A stretch of DNA of 64,000 bases from positions 20,299-84,298 of the forward strand of contig JBIMKP010000011.1 of assembly GCA_051861545.1 (NCBI GenBank), given 5' to 3'. Positions 1-9,681 of this stretch are shown here, piece after piece (within the stretch, counting starts at the first letter, position 1; every line of letters begins with the position of its first letter). The notes beneath the pieces were generated by a model. That model ran no database searches. It was not told the origin of the DNA and saw only the letters and a program-made list of their open reading frames with translations. The stretch comes from Bacteroidia bacterium (GTDB lineage Bacteria; Bacteroidota; Bacteroidia; UKL13-3). The position numbers and the translations under genes are program-made.

Positions 1-1611
1 ATAAGTTGGCGCATAAGTAAACAACAATTGTCCGTTTTTGCCTACAGGTTCAGTATAAGTAATATTGGCGTTTGCATTGGTATTAAATGTTTTTTGGTTT
101 GAGAATTGGTTGATATTATCAGCAGTTGTAAAAGTATCAATGCTGCTATTGATAGAGCTTTGGTAGTTTTTGCTGGTTTTATCACTAATATCATAACCCA
201 AATTCAAAGAGAATGTCCTGCCAGTTTTATTGAATTTTCTTTTATATAGAATATTGTTGTTCAAACTATAACCATCATTGTAGTTATTGTAATTACTGGT
301 GGTTTTGCTGATGGGTGTGCTTCCAAAAGAGGTATTTCCAATGGTTGATGAAAGGCTTGAGTTTTCCTGGTAACTGAATCGTGGTGTATACAAAATACTA
401 TTGCTGGTATCAATATTGTATTCCAAACGAAGGTTAAATCGATGGTTACTATTTTGAGTATTTGAGCTATTTACTTCATTGTAAATTTGTTTGTTTTCGC
501 CTCCTAATAAAAAGGTTCTACTTACTTCTTTATCTGTTTGATTTTCTCCTTGATTAAAGAAATAACTTCCACTCACATCCACTTTTTTACCCCATTTGTT
601 AATGTAATTGAATCCAGCTGAATTGGTGATATTAATACCATTTTGTTGTCCAACCATAAAATTATTCATGGCACTTTGCATAGCCGACATTGGTCCACCT
701 GGTCCACCCGGCCTACCGCCACCCATTCCTGGAGGTCTTTGTCCGCCGCCTCTATTACCGCTACTTCCGAATATATCTTGAGCCGAAAAATTTTGTTGGT
801 TGATATTATTACTCATTCCCAACAAAGTGATTCTTCTGTTTCCATTAAATAAATTTACTGTTGCTCCGGCTTGGTATCTATCATCGGTTCCATAACCGAC
901 AAATACTTTTCCAAAAATACCATTGATACCGCCACCACGAGTTACGATGTTCATGGTTTTATCGGTATTACCATCATTAAAACCTGAAAATTGAGCTTGG
1001 TCGCCAAGTCGGTTAAAAACCTGTACTTTATCTACTACTTCTGCCGGCATATTTTTCAAAGCCATTTGGGCATCATCACCAAAAAACTCTTTTCCATCTA
1101 CCAAAACCTTTTTTACATCTTCTCCTTGTGCTTTAACGGTCCCGTTTTCAATAGTAATTCCGGGCATCTTTTTAACAAGGTCTTCTGAAGTAGCATCAGG
1201 GTTAACTTTAAAAGCTGAGGCATTCATGGAAGTTGTATCACCTTTTTGTTCGCTTCTAATTTGGGTTGATTCAATTTTAGCTTCTTTCAATAATTTGTTG
1301 TCAGGTTCCATGGTGATTCTCATTCGATTGTTTTCACCAATCAAACCACGTTTTTTAAAAGCTTTGTAACCTATAAATGATGCTTGGATTTCAAATGAAT
1401 CACTTAGTAAGTTATCAATAGTGAAAAAACCGTTATCGTTTGAACTCACATAATGAGGTTTTGCTCCTTTTTGACTAAGCATAATACTTACGCCAGCCAT
1501 GGGAGTATTATCGTTTTTATCAATAACCATTCCTCTTAAGGATTGATTTTGCGCAGAAGTGAAAATTGGAAAAAGTAAACCCAGGAATATGATAAAAGAA
1601 AAACGTCTCAT
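1..1611 (-). CDS. Outer-membrane beta-barrel / TonB-dependent receptor-like protein with N-terminal carboxypeptidase-regulatory-like domain (runs off the window edge)
   Basis: Translated by hand from ATG at 1611: MRRFSFIIFLGLLFPIFTSAQ signal peptide, then GDTTSMNASAFKVNPDATSEDLVKKMPGITIENG...VLVDGKEFFGDD, typical of the Bacteroidota family. Not in the ORF track because it has no stop in the window. Confidence 0.85.
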   Translation of the reverse strand, partial: MRRFSFIIFLGLLFPIFTSAQNQSLRGMVIDKNDNTPMAGVSIMLSQKGAKPHYVSSNDNGFFTIDNLLSDSFEIQASFIGYKAFKKRGLIGENNRMRITMEPDNKLLKEAKIESTQIRSEQKGDTTSMNASAFKVNPDATSEDLVKKMPGITIENGTVKAQGEDVKKVLVDGKEFFGDDAQMALKNMPAEVVDKVQVFNRLGDQAQFSGFNDGNTDKTMNIVTRGGGINGIFGKVFVGYGTDDRYQAGATVNLFNGNRRITLLGMSNNINQQNFSAQDIFGSSGNRGGGQRPPGMGGGRPGGPGGPMSAMQSAMNNFMVGQQNGINITNSAGFNYINKWGKKVDVSGSYFFNQGENQTDKEVSRTFLLGGENKQIYNEVNSSNTQNSNHRFNLRLEYNIDTSNSILYTPRFSYQENSSLSSTIGNTSFGSTPISKTTSNYNNYNDGYSLNNNILYKRKFNKTGRTFSLNLGYDISDKTSKNYQSSINSSIDTFTTADNINQFSNQKTFNTNANANITYTEPVGKNGQLLFTYAPTY

Positions 1612-1702
1612 TATTTTTTGATAATTGCGTCAAAGATGCTTCAATTATTGCAAATAGCCGTGATGTTTTAGGTAAATGGCATTAATTGGGAGGTAATTAA
1701 TG

Positions 1703-2022
1703 TGGCATCTGGCCGCTGGCTTCTTGCTTCTGGCTTGCATTTCTTTACTTTGGATGTTTTTTGAAATCAACATCGTTTTGATCTTTATTTTGAAGTTAAG
1801 AAACGTATTAACTTTATAAGTTTCAGATCAGCAAATTGAATTGTAAAATTTTTTCTTTACTTTTTTATATCATTTTATACCTATTTATAAGATTTTTGAT
1901 TGTATCATTTATTGTTAAGAAGTCTCTTATTACCAATAATCTAAAAATATTTCTTATAGTTTAAAATCGCTATTCATAGAAAAATTTTAGGCCAGTAGCA
2001 AGAGGCCAGATGCTAGTAGCCG
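1703..2022. repeat. Two inverted arrays of five degenerate heptamers (1703-1737 and 1988-2022) flanking an AT-rich interval
   Basis: tggcatc-tggccgc-tggcttc-ttgcttc-tggcttg versus taggcca-gtagcaa-gaggcca-gatgcta-gtagccg (reverse-complement orientation). Confidence 0.75.
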
Positions 2023-2058
2023 TTTTAAAGTCTTTCTTGCGAAAACAAATTCCTCCAT

Positions 2059-2066
2059 TACATTTG
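2059..2066 (+). promoter_or_regulatory. Bacteroidota sigma-70 -7 element
   Basis: TACATTTG matches TAnnTTTG, directly upstream of the riboswitch. Confidence 0.75.
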
Positions 2067-2073
2067 TATCGTC

Positions 2074-2176
2074 TTTAGGGGTGTCTGAAGAAACAAGTAA
2101 GAATGTCTTTTCCTTGTTTCTGACGACTGAGATTATACCCTTTAACCTGATCAGGGTAATGCCTGCGTAGGGAAGA
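2074..2176 (+). ncRNA. TPP (thi-box) riboswitch
   Basis: GGGGTGTC...GACTGAGA..ATACCC...AACCTGATCAGGGTAATGCCTGCGTAGGGA core motifs, with a P3 stem agaaacaag/cttgtttct. Confidence 0.95.
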
Positions 2177-2287
2177 AGACCGGATTTCTTCTTTGAAGCT
2201 TCAGAACTTCCGTTCTTCAATAGGGTAAACATTTTAAGGCCGTTCAGCCCCTGCTGCGGTCGAATTAAAATTTTTAATGTTTACAAA

Positions 2288-4756
2288 ATGAAAAAATTGT
2301 CTTTCTTTTTAATGGGATTATTCTTGTCCCTAGTCTCCTTTGCTCAGTTTAGCATTTCTGGCAAAGTGAATGATGCTGAAACAGAGCGTCCTTTAAGTGC
2401 TGCGAGTATTAGCTTGTACCTCAATGGCAAGGTAGTACAAAACCAGATTTCTGCCGACAATGGTAGCTATTCTTTCAACAAACTGAAGCCGGGTACTTAT
2501 TATCTAGTTATTAGTTATCTTTCTTATCCCAAGGTAGAAAAGAAGGTAGAATTAGTCAATTCGAGCGCTGAGGTAGATATCAATATCAAACCATTAACAC
2601 AAGTTAGTGATGAATGTGTGATAATAACTGTCCGTTTTAAGAATACCGCTGCTGCTACTTTTACCAATATCAGCAAAAAAGAAATTGAAAAACAGAATTT
2701 TGGGCAGGATATTCCCTTTTTGCTCAATCAAACACCATCGGTTGTAGTAAATTCAGATGCAGGAGCAGGAGTTGGTTATACTGGTATGCGCATTAGGGGT
2801 GTTGATCCAACCAGAACAAATGTTACCATCAACGGAATTCCCGTAAATGATGCCGAATCTCATGGAACTTTTTGGGTAAATACACCCGACTTGGCTTCAT
2901 CAACCCAAAGTATACAAATTCAAAGAGGTGTTGGTACTTCTACCAATGGTGCTGCAGCTTTTGGAGCAAGTGTTAATATTCAAACTGATCAGATGAGTTA
3001 TACTCCTTTTTCTGAAGTCTCAACAAGTTTAGGTTCATTTAATTCTAGAAAACATACTATTAAATTGGGTACGGGATTAATGGAAAACAAATGGGCAATT
3101 GATGCACGTTTGTCTATGCTTAAATCCGATGGATTTATCGATCGCTCATTTTCCGATTTGAAATCTTATTTCGTTTCTGCAACAAAGATTATGAAACATA
3201 GCAGTATTAAATTCAATGTGTTTTCAGGAAAAGAGCAAACCTATCAGGCTTGGAATGGCGTGCCGGAAGCCCGTTTAAAAGGGGATGTGAATGGTATGAT
3301 TCAACTAACTCAAAACTTATACATGAGTTCAAAAGATTCTGCTCATTTATTAAATTCTGGTAACAGAACTTACAACCAGTATACATACCCTAATCAAACC
3401 GATAATTACCAACAAGACCATTACCAGTTTTTCTATAGTTATAACCGCAACAATAGAGATAGATTAAATATTGGTTTACATTATACTTATGGAAGAGGTT
3501 ATTACGAAGAATATAGAACAGGTGAACCCTTTTCTAGATATAAGTTGAATGATGTGGTAATTGGTTCTGATACACTTACCAGTTCAGATTTTATAAGAAG
3601 ACGCTGGTTAAACAACGACTTTTACGGAACGGTTTTTTCATACACCATGGATCGTGGTAAAAAATACTTCACATTTGGTGGTGCCATTAATAAATATGAT
3701 GGTCGCCATTTCGGAGAATTGATTTGGGCTCAGAATGCAGCTATTAACTTTAATAATCAACGTTTTTATGATGGAAAATCTACCAAAACCGATATCAGTC
3801 TTTATGGTAAACTTGATTATGAATTCAGTAAAAAATTCGAAGGTTTTGTTGATTTACAATACAGAGGGGTTGGATACAAATTAAAAGGAGAAGACCTGAA
3901 TGGTAGTAATTATATTCCTTATGATTTTGATTTGAATTTTGATTTTTTCAATCCCAAAGCTGGTTTAACTTATCAACTAAACAGCAAAACTCAGTTTTAT
4001 GCTTATGCAGGAGTTGCTCACAGAGAACCAGTTCGTAACGATATCATCCAAGCAAGTAAAAATAGTATTCCTAAACCTGAGCGTATGTACAATGGAGAAT
4101 TGGGTTACAAAAGATATGGAAACATTTTCAGTATAAACATGAATGCATTTTATATGGATTATGTAAACCAATTGGTAAACAGTGGTCAGATAAATGATGT
4201 TGGAGCCTATAACCGTGTTAATGTTCCAAGAAGCTACAGAGCAGGATTGGAAGGCGTTTTTGGCGTAAAAATCAGAAAAGATTTAAAATGGACATTTACC
4301 GCGGCATATAGCAAAAACAGAATAAAAGACTTTACAGAATACGTTGACAATTGGGATTTAGGTGGACAAAATGAAGTGAAGTACAAAAACAGTAGCATTG
4401 CCTTTTCACCTGAATTCATTAGTTCTTCGGTATTGAATTATGAAACAGTTAAAGGATTTTCGGCATCTTGGATTGTAAAAACAGTATCAAAACAATACCT
4501 CGATAATACCCAAAGTGAAGCAAGAAAAATAGATGGTTTTATAGTAAACGATTTGCTGTTTTCTTATGAAATAAAGACCCAAAGATTTTTTAAATCTGCA
4601 AGAATTGGCCTTCAACTAAATAATATTTTAGGCGAAGAATTTCAACCAAATGGATATGTATTCAGCGGTATTATTGGCGGGCAAAGAACTGATTTTAATT
4701 ATTTCTATCCACAAGCAGGAAGGAATTTTATGATGAACTTGGTTGTGAGCTTTTAG
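2288..4756 (+). CDS. TonB-dependent receptor, probably thiamine uptake
   Basis: Signal peptide, plug motifs (NVTINGIP, IQIQRG), C-terminal Phe, located downstream of the TPP riboswitch. Confidence 0.9.
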   Translation: MKKLSFFLMGLFLSLVSFAQFSISGKVNDAETERPLSAASISLYLNGKVVQNQISADNGSYSFNKLKPGTYYLVISYLSYPKVEKKVELVNSSAEVDINIKPLTQVSDECVIITVRFKNTAAATFTNISKKEIEKQNFGQDIPFLLNQTPSVVVNSDAGAGVGYTGMRIRGVDPTRTNVTINGIPVNDAESHGTFWVNTPDLASSTQSIQIQRGVGTSTNGAAAFGASVNIQTDQMSYTPFSEVSTSLGSFNSRKHTIKLGTGLMENKWAIDARLSMLKSDGFIDRSFSDLKSYFVSATKIMKHSSIKFNVFSGKEQTYQAWNGVPEARLKGDVNGMIQLTQNLYMSSKDSAHLLNSGNRTYNQYTYPNQTDNYQQDHYQFFYSYNRNNRDRLNIGLHYTYGRGYYEEYRTGEPFSRYKLNDVVIGSDTLTSSDFIRRRWLNNDFYGTVFSYTMDRGKKYFTFGGAINKYDGRHFGELIWAQNAAINFNNQRFYDGKSTKTDISLYGKLDYEFSKKFEGFVDLQYRGVGYKLKGEDLNGSNYIPYDFDLNFDFFNPKAGLTYQLNSKTQFYAYAGVAHREPVRNDIIQASKNSIPKPERMYNGELGYKRYGNIFSINMNAFYMDYVNQLVNSGQINDVGAYNRVNVPRSYRAGLEGVFGVKIRKDLKWTFTAAYSKNRIKDFTEYVDNWDLGGQNEVKYKNSSIAFSPEFISSSVLNYETVKGFSASWIVKTVSKQYLDNTQSEARKIDGFIVNDLLFSYEIKTQRFFKSARIGLQLNNILGEEFQPNGYVFSGIIGGQRTDFNYFYPQAGRNFMMNLVVSF

Positions 4757-4798
4757 TTCAATATCTGCAAAATTATAATCCCAAAGAATGAAAACGTT

Positions 4799-4870
4799 AA
4801 TGAGGGAAATTGGAAACGCGCTCCATTAAGGTGTTATGTGACAATCTATAAGAGTTCGAATCACGATAAT
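4799..4870 (+). pseudogene. Possible decayed tRNA-Leu-like relic
   Basis: GGAAATTGGAAACGCGCT resembles the Leu D-arm (GGAATTGGTAGACGCGCT) and GAGTTCGAATC resembles a T-arm; stems are not intact. Confidence 0.35.
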
Positions 4871-4881
4871 ATTATACAGTT

Positions 4882-4915
4882 GAAATTAGAACGGGAGAAA
4901 TTCCGTTCTAATTTC
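4882..4915. terminator. Perfect 13-bp hairpin, likely terminator
   Basis: gaaattagaacgg-N8-ccgttctaatttc between convergent genes. Confidence 0.65.
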
Positions 4916-4978
4916 GTAATTATTATTTAACCATCTGTACAGGTCAAAATTGTATAAAATTATGCTGGTTTTTTTAAT

Positions 4979-5144
4979 ACACCGCGATGAATTATACAAT
5001 AAACAAACCGATTAATTTATCAGATACACCGCGATAAATTACACAATAATCAATACGATTAATTTTTTTTGAAACACCGCGATAAATTATACAATAAACA
5101 ATACGATTAATTTTTTTGATACACCGAGATAAATCGCGGTGCTA
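4979..5144. repeat. Tandem repeat of about 47 bp (3 full units plus a final REP-like palindrome)
   Basis: Units start at 4979, 5026, 5074 and 5121 with acaccgcgataaattatacaataaacaatacgattaattt; the last ends caccgagataaatcgcggtgcta. Confidence 0.9.
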
Positions 5145-5163
5145 TGGGAGATGAATTACGGGA

Positions 5164-5736
5164 TTATTCGGTTATGGAATTAACAATACCACGTAATGGG
5201 TTTTTTGCTACCTCAACGTCTTTTATAATTTGTACTGCTTGTGTTTTTTGTTTGGCATTCAATCGTACAATATCGTTTAATCCTTCCAATGCTTCTTTGT
5301 CGCGACCTGCTTTTAAAAAAGCCAATGATAAATACCATTTGCCCAAGTGTACATTATTGAATTCCTTAAAATTCTTAACTGCTAATTCTAAACTGTTGAT
5401 GGCTAAATTGTCGAATCCAGTTTTTAAATATGAAATTCCTAAATATAAATTATAATATCCTTCTTCTTCTGCTCTAGGTTCTATGTTTTGAAAGCCTTCA
5501 ATTGCTAAAGAATACTCACCTTTTTCGTAATATTTCATTGCAATCTGACTCAATCCTGTAGAGTCTACATAATTAGGGTCGGTGGTCCAGTAATTTAAAC
5601 AGGGCCTGAAGTTTTTTTCATAAATACCCATTAGCTGTTCACCAGGAGCTCTAAATTGCTCACTAATATACCAAGTGGAAATACTTACCACAAACAATAC
5701 AGCCAGGTAGAAAAGAATTTTTATAGCACTTTTCAT
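5164..5736 (-). CDS. Membrane-anchored TPR protein
   Basis: N-terminal hydrophobic helix; TPR-like helices (YNLYLGISYLK, WYLSLAFLKAG). Confidence 0.75.
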   Translation of the reverse strand: MKSAIKILFYLAVLFVVSISTWYISEQFRAPGEQLMGIYEKNFRPCLNYWTTDPNYVDSTGLSQIAMKYYEKGEYSLAIEGFQNIEPRAEEEGYYNLYLGISYLKTGFDNLAINSLELAVKNFKEFNNVHLGKWYLSLAFLKAGRDKEALEGLNDIVRLNAKQKTQAVQIIKDVEVAKNPLRGIVNSITE

Positions 5737-5753
5737 TTCTACGAATTTAAGGT

Positions 5754-6605
5754 TTATATGTTAATTTTTTGCTTTATATCAATTTCATTTAAGAACTTGT
5801 CGATACCAGTTAATATATCTTCGTGCATAAAGGTATGAGCACCATTAAATACCAAAATTCTATTATTTTTTTCTGCTTGAAATAATTTTCGTAAACCTTT
5901 CATTGGTGTTACTTTATCTTGATTTCCTGCTATGAATAAAACGTCTAATTTCTTTACTTGAGCAATTTTTATACAATTGAGCCAGTTAGGTCTGAAATTC
6001 CTCATTAAATGCCAGTTATTGTACAATCTTTCCGATTTTGAAGAATCTTTCACTTGATAACTAGCAACTCTTATTTTCTCCTCTGAAAGGATTTTTGCTT
6101 TTTTGATGAAATTTAAAATCTTTTGAAGTCCAATATGTTCTTTCATATAAAATTTAAATATCATTCTTCCTAAAATTGTACCTGTAGAAAATGCAAATAA
6201 TCTAGAGAACCTTTCTGGTGGTGCCGACATTACAATCCAAGCTTTTGCTTGAATAAAATTAGATTGAAATGCCCCCGCCGCTAGCCAATTACCAAAACTA
6301 AATCCACCAAAAACAATGTTGGCGTTTTTATATCCTAAGAAGATTATTAAATCTGATAATGTCGCATTAAACTCATTGATTTTTAATGGTTCTGATTTAT
6401 TGTAAACCAAACTATCTCCATGCTCAAAATGATTTATTGCTAAAATACTGTAATTGGATTTTAAATTTTGGCAGAAATAAATGAAGTGACTTGCACTTTG
6501 GCCATATCCTGGAAATAAAACAAGTAAGTTTTCACCTCCCTTGTAGAAATAATATCCAAGCTGAATTTGCTTTGCCTTGAAAATCTCTTTTTTAAAATCA
6601 GCCAT
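5754..6605 (-). CDS. Alpha/beta hydrolase
   Basis: FPGYG oxyanion region, GFSFG nucleophile elbow, GNQD and GAH residues. Confidence 0.85.
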   Translation of the reverse strand: MADFKKEIFKAKQIQLGYYFYKGGENLLVLFPGYGQSASHFIYFCQNLKSNYSILAINHFEHGDSLVYNKSEPLKINEFNATLSDLIIFLGYKNANIVFGGFSFGNWLAAGAFQSNFIQAKAWIVMSAPPERFSRLFAFSTGTILGRMIFKFYMKEHIGLQKILNFIKKAKILSEEKIRVASYQVKDSSKSERLYNNWHLMRNFRPNWLNCIKIAQVKKLDVLFIAGNQDKVTPMKGLRKLFQAEKNNRILVFNGAHTFMHEDILTGIDKFLNEIDIKQKINI

Positions 6606-6682
6606 TTTTAAATTTCACACTTATTTTTTGAATGTGTAAAAATACTTTTTAATTATTATTTCAATCAGGAGAAAAATCAAAC

Positions 6683-6690
6683 TACATTTG
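6683..6690 (+). promoter_or_regulatory. -7 promoter element of carB
   Basis: TACATTTG. Confidence 0.65.
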
Positions 6691-6751
6691 CACAATTTAT
6701 ACCAATTCTAAAGCAAAGGATTGGTTTCCTTTACACCTCATAAAAAGAAAT

Positions 6752-9571
6752 ATGCCAAAAGATTTAAGCATCAAGTCAGTTTTAATTATCGGTAGTGGTC
6801 CCATTATTATTGGTCAAGCTTGCGAATTCGATTACAGCGGTAGTCAAGCTGCTCGCTCATTAAGAGAAGAAGGAATCAAGGTTATTCTTATCAATAGCAA
6901 CCCTGCAACTATCATGACAGACCCGGTAACTGCAGATCATGTTTATCTTTTGCCTTTGGTTTCAGATTCTATTGAAAGTATTTTAAAAGAACACCAAATT
7001 GATGCCGTTTTGCCAACTATGGGCGGACAAACTGCTCTGAATTTGGCTATTGAATGTGAGGAAATTGGACTTTGGGAAAAATACAATGTTCGTATGATTG
7101 GTGTGGATACCAAAGCCATCGATACAACAGAAAACCGCGAAAAGTTCAGACAAAAAATGATTGAAATTGGCGTTGGTGTTGCGCCTTCAAGAACAGCTAA
7201 TTCATTTTTAGAAGGAAAAGAAATTGCGCAAGAAATAGGATTTCCTTTGGTAATCAGACCTTCTTATACACTTGGTGGTACAGGTGGCGGATTTGTTTGG
7301 GCCAAAGAAGAATTAGATGCCGCTTTACAAAGAGGTTTAACAGCTTCTCCAACTCATGAGGTTCTTGTTGAAAAGGCCGTTTTTGGCTGGAAAGAATTTG
7401 AACTTGAATTACTTAGAGATCAAAATGATAGCGTTGCCATTATTTGTACCATCGAGAATTTCGACCCAATGGGAATTCATACTGGTGATTCAATTACAGT
7501 AGCTCCGGCCATGACTTTAAGCGATACCTGTTTCCAGCACATGCGTACTTTAGCTATCAAAATGATGCGCAGTATTGGAAATTTTGCTGGAGGTTGTAAT
7601 GTTCAGTTTGCTGTAAATCCTGAAAACGAAGATATTATCGCTGTAGAAATCAATCCACGTGTATCACGTTCTTCTGCTTTGGCTTCAAAAGCTACAGGAT
7701 ATCCAATCGCAAAAATTGCTGCTAAACTGGCTATTGGTTATCATTTGGATGAATTAAAAAATCCTGTAACCAAAACAACATCAGCTTATTTCGAACCGGC
7801 AATCGATTATGTGATTGTAAAAATACCTCGTTTTAATTTCGATAAATTTAAAGGTGCTAACAAAACTCTTGGACTGCAAATGAAAGCAGTAGGAGAGGTA
7901 ATGGGAATTGGTAGAAGTTTTACGGAAGCTTTCCAAAAAGCCGTTCAAAGTTTAGAGATTAAAAGGAATGGTTTGGGAGCAGATGGCTTTCAACAAAGAA
8001 AATTGGAGGATATTGTAGAAAAATTAAAGAATCCTAGTTGGGACAGAATGTTCGCAGTTAAAGATGCTTTGAGTTTAGGTATGCCAATTTCTTCTCTTGA
8101 AAAAATTACTAAAATCGACCGTTGGTTCCTCAATCAAATTAATGATATGGTGCGTTTGGAAACTGATACCAAACGCTTTAATCTTAAGAATATTCCTAGA
8201 GAATTAATGATTGACCTTAAACAAAAGGGTTATTCAGATATTCAAGTTGCTTATTTATTAGGAAGTGATACTACTGAAGATGAGGTTTGGGATTTAAGAA
8301 AAGAAATGGGTATTCACCGCATTTACAAAATGGTTGATACTTGCGCAGCAGAATTTCCTTCACCAACCAATTATTTCTACTCAAGCTTTGATGGAAGTAA
8401 CGAAAGTGTAGTAAGTGATAGAAAGAAAATTATCGTTTTAGGTTCGGGCCCAAATAGAATTGGACAAGGTATTGAATTCGATTATAGCTGTGTGCATGGT
8501 TTATTGGCTGCGAAGGAATGTGGTTACGAAGCCATCATGATTAATTGTAATCCAGAAACTGTAAGTACCGATTTCGATATGGCCGATAAATTGTATTTCG
8601 AGCCAGTATTTTGGGAAACTTTACGTGAAATTGTAGAACTTGAAAAACCTGAAGGAGTAATTGTGCAATTAGGTGGTCAAACTGCTTTAAAATTGGCTAA
8701 AAAACTTCATGAACATGGTGTCAAAATTATTGGAACATCTTTCCCTGATATGGATATTTCAGAGGATAGAGGTTTGTTTTCAGATTTATTAAAAGAGCTT
8801 GATATTCCTTATCCTAATTACGGTGTTGCTGAAGATGCTGATGAAGCAATTGAAGTTGCTAAAAAGGTTGGTTATCCTGTTTTAGTTCGCCCAAGTTATG
8901 TATTGGGTGGACAAGGTATGAAAATCGTTATTAATGATGAAGAATTGGAACAAGCAGTTATTGATTTATTAGGTGATTTACCTGGTAACCGTGTTTTAAT
9001 CGACCATTTCTTGGATAGAGCAGAAGAAGCTGAGATTGATTTGATTTGTGATACAGAATCTGCACATGTAATTGGCATGATGGAACATATTGAACCAGCC
9101 GGAATTCATAGTGGTGATAGTTCTGCTGTTTTGCCACCATTTAGCTTGAGTCAGAATGTACAAGACCAAATGGAATCTTACGCAAAAAGATTAGCTACCA
9201 AAATGAATATCAGCGGATTATTGAATATTCAGTTTGCCATTAAAAACGAAAAGGTTTACGTTATTGAAGCCAATCCAAGAGCAAGTAGAACGGTTCCTTT
9301 TATTGCCAAGGCGCATCAAATTCCATATATCAATATTGCAGCTAAAGTAATGTTGGGTGCAAATAAATTAAGTGATTTTACATTCGATAGAAAATTAACG
9401 GGTTATGCCATTAAAGAACCTGTTTTCTCATTCGATAAATTCCCTGGTGTAAATAAGGAATTAGGTCCAGAAATGAAATCAACTGGTGAAGCCATTCGTT
9501 TCATCAAAGATTTACACGACCCATATTTCAGAAACCTAGTGAAAGAAAAAAGTATGTATTTGTCTAAATAA
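6752..9571 (+). CDS. carB: Carbamoyl-phosphate synthase large subunit (short form without the C-terminal MGS-like domain)
   Basis: IGSGPIIIGQACEFDYSG and GSGPNRIGQGIEFDY duplicated ATP-grasp modules; ends just after GPEMKSTGE. Confidence 0.98.
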   Translation: MPKDLSIKSVLIIGSGPIIIGQACEFDYSGSQAARSLREEGIKVILINSNPATIMTDPVTADHVYLLPLVSDSIESILKEHQIDAVLPTMGGQTALNLAIECEEIGLWEKYNVRMIGVDTKAIDTTENREKFRQKMIEIGVGVAPSRTANSFLEGKEIAQEIGFPLVIRPSYTLGGTGGGFVWAKEELDAALQRGLTASPTHEVLVEKAVFGWKEFELELLRDQNDSVAIICTIENFDPMGIHTGDSITVAPAMTLSDTCFQHMRTLAIKMMRSIGNFAGGCNVQFAVNPENEDIIAVEINPRVSRSSALASKATGYPIAKIAAKLAIGYHLDELKNPVTKTTSAYFEPAIDYVIVKIPRFNFDKFKGANKTLGLQMKAVGEVMGIGRSFTEAFQKAVQSLEIKRNGLGADGFQQRKLEDIVEKLKNPSWDRMFAVKDALSLGMPISSLEKITKIDRWFLNQINDMVRLETDTKRFNLKNIPRELMIDLKQKGYSDIQVAYLLGSDTTEDEVWDLRKEMGIHRIYKMVDTCAAEFPSPTNYFYSSFDGSNESVVSDRKKIIVLGSGPNRIGQGIEFDYSCVHGLLAAKECGYEAIMINCNPETVSTDFDMADKLYFEPVFWETLREIVELEKPEGVIVQLGGQTALKLAKKLHEHGVKIIGTSFPDMDISEDRGLFSDLLKELDIPYPNYGVAEDADEAIEVAKKVGYPVLVRPSYVLGGQGMKIVINDEELEQAVIDLLGDLPGNRVLIDHFLDRAEEAEIDLICDTESAHVIGMMEHIEPAGIHSGDSSAVLPPFSLSQNVQDQMESYAKRLATKMNISGLLNIQFAIKNEKVYVIEANPRASRTVPFIAKAHQIPYINIAAKVMLGANKLSDFTFDRKLTGYAIKEPVFSFDKFPGVNKELGPEMKSTGEAIRFIKDLHDPYFRNLVKEKSMYLSK

Positions 9572-9607
9572 ACTGGGGATTATTCCCCGTTATTTTATGC
9601 ATCTAAA

Positions 9608-9640
9608 ACAAAAGAGGCGGCCATTGGCCGCCTCTTTTGT
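9608..9640. terminator. Bidirectional intrinsic terminator
   Basis: acaaaagaggcggcca-t-tggccgcctcttttgt between convergent genes. Confidence 0.9.
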
Positions 9641-9681
9641 TATTGTCGTGGTTATAAATAACATCGGGATTTATTCCAATG

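Noticed and set aside
643-1188. Short + strand ORFs and the GC-rich patch at 690-770
   Set aside because: Antisense to the beta-barrel gene; the patch encodes its Gly/Pro-rich loop (GGGRPGGPGGP).
1987-2232. 81-aa minus-strand ORF
   Set aside because: Antisense to the TPP riboswitch and its promoter; no protein motif.
4799-4870. Functional tRNA gene
   Set aside because: Acceptor, anticodon and T stems do not pair; kept only as a possible relic.
4979-5144. CRISPR array
   Set aside because: Units are nearly identical along their whole length with no unique spacers, and no cas genes are in the window.
5144-5455. 103-aa + strand ORF next to the repeat
   Set aside because: Antisense shadow of the TPR gene.
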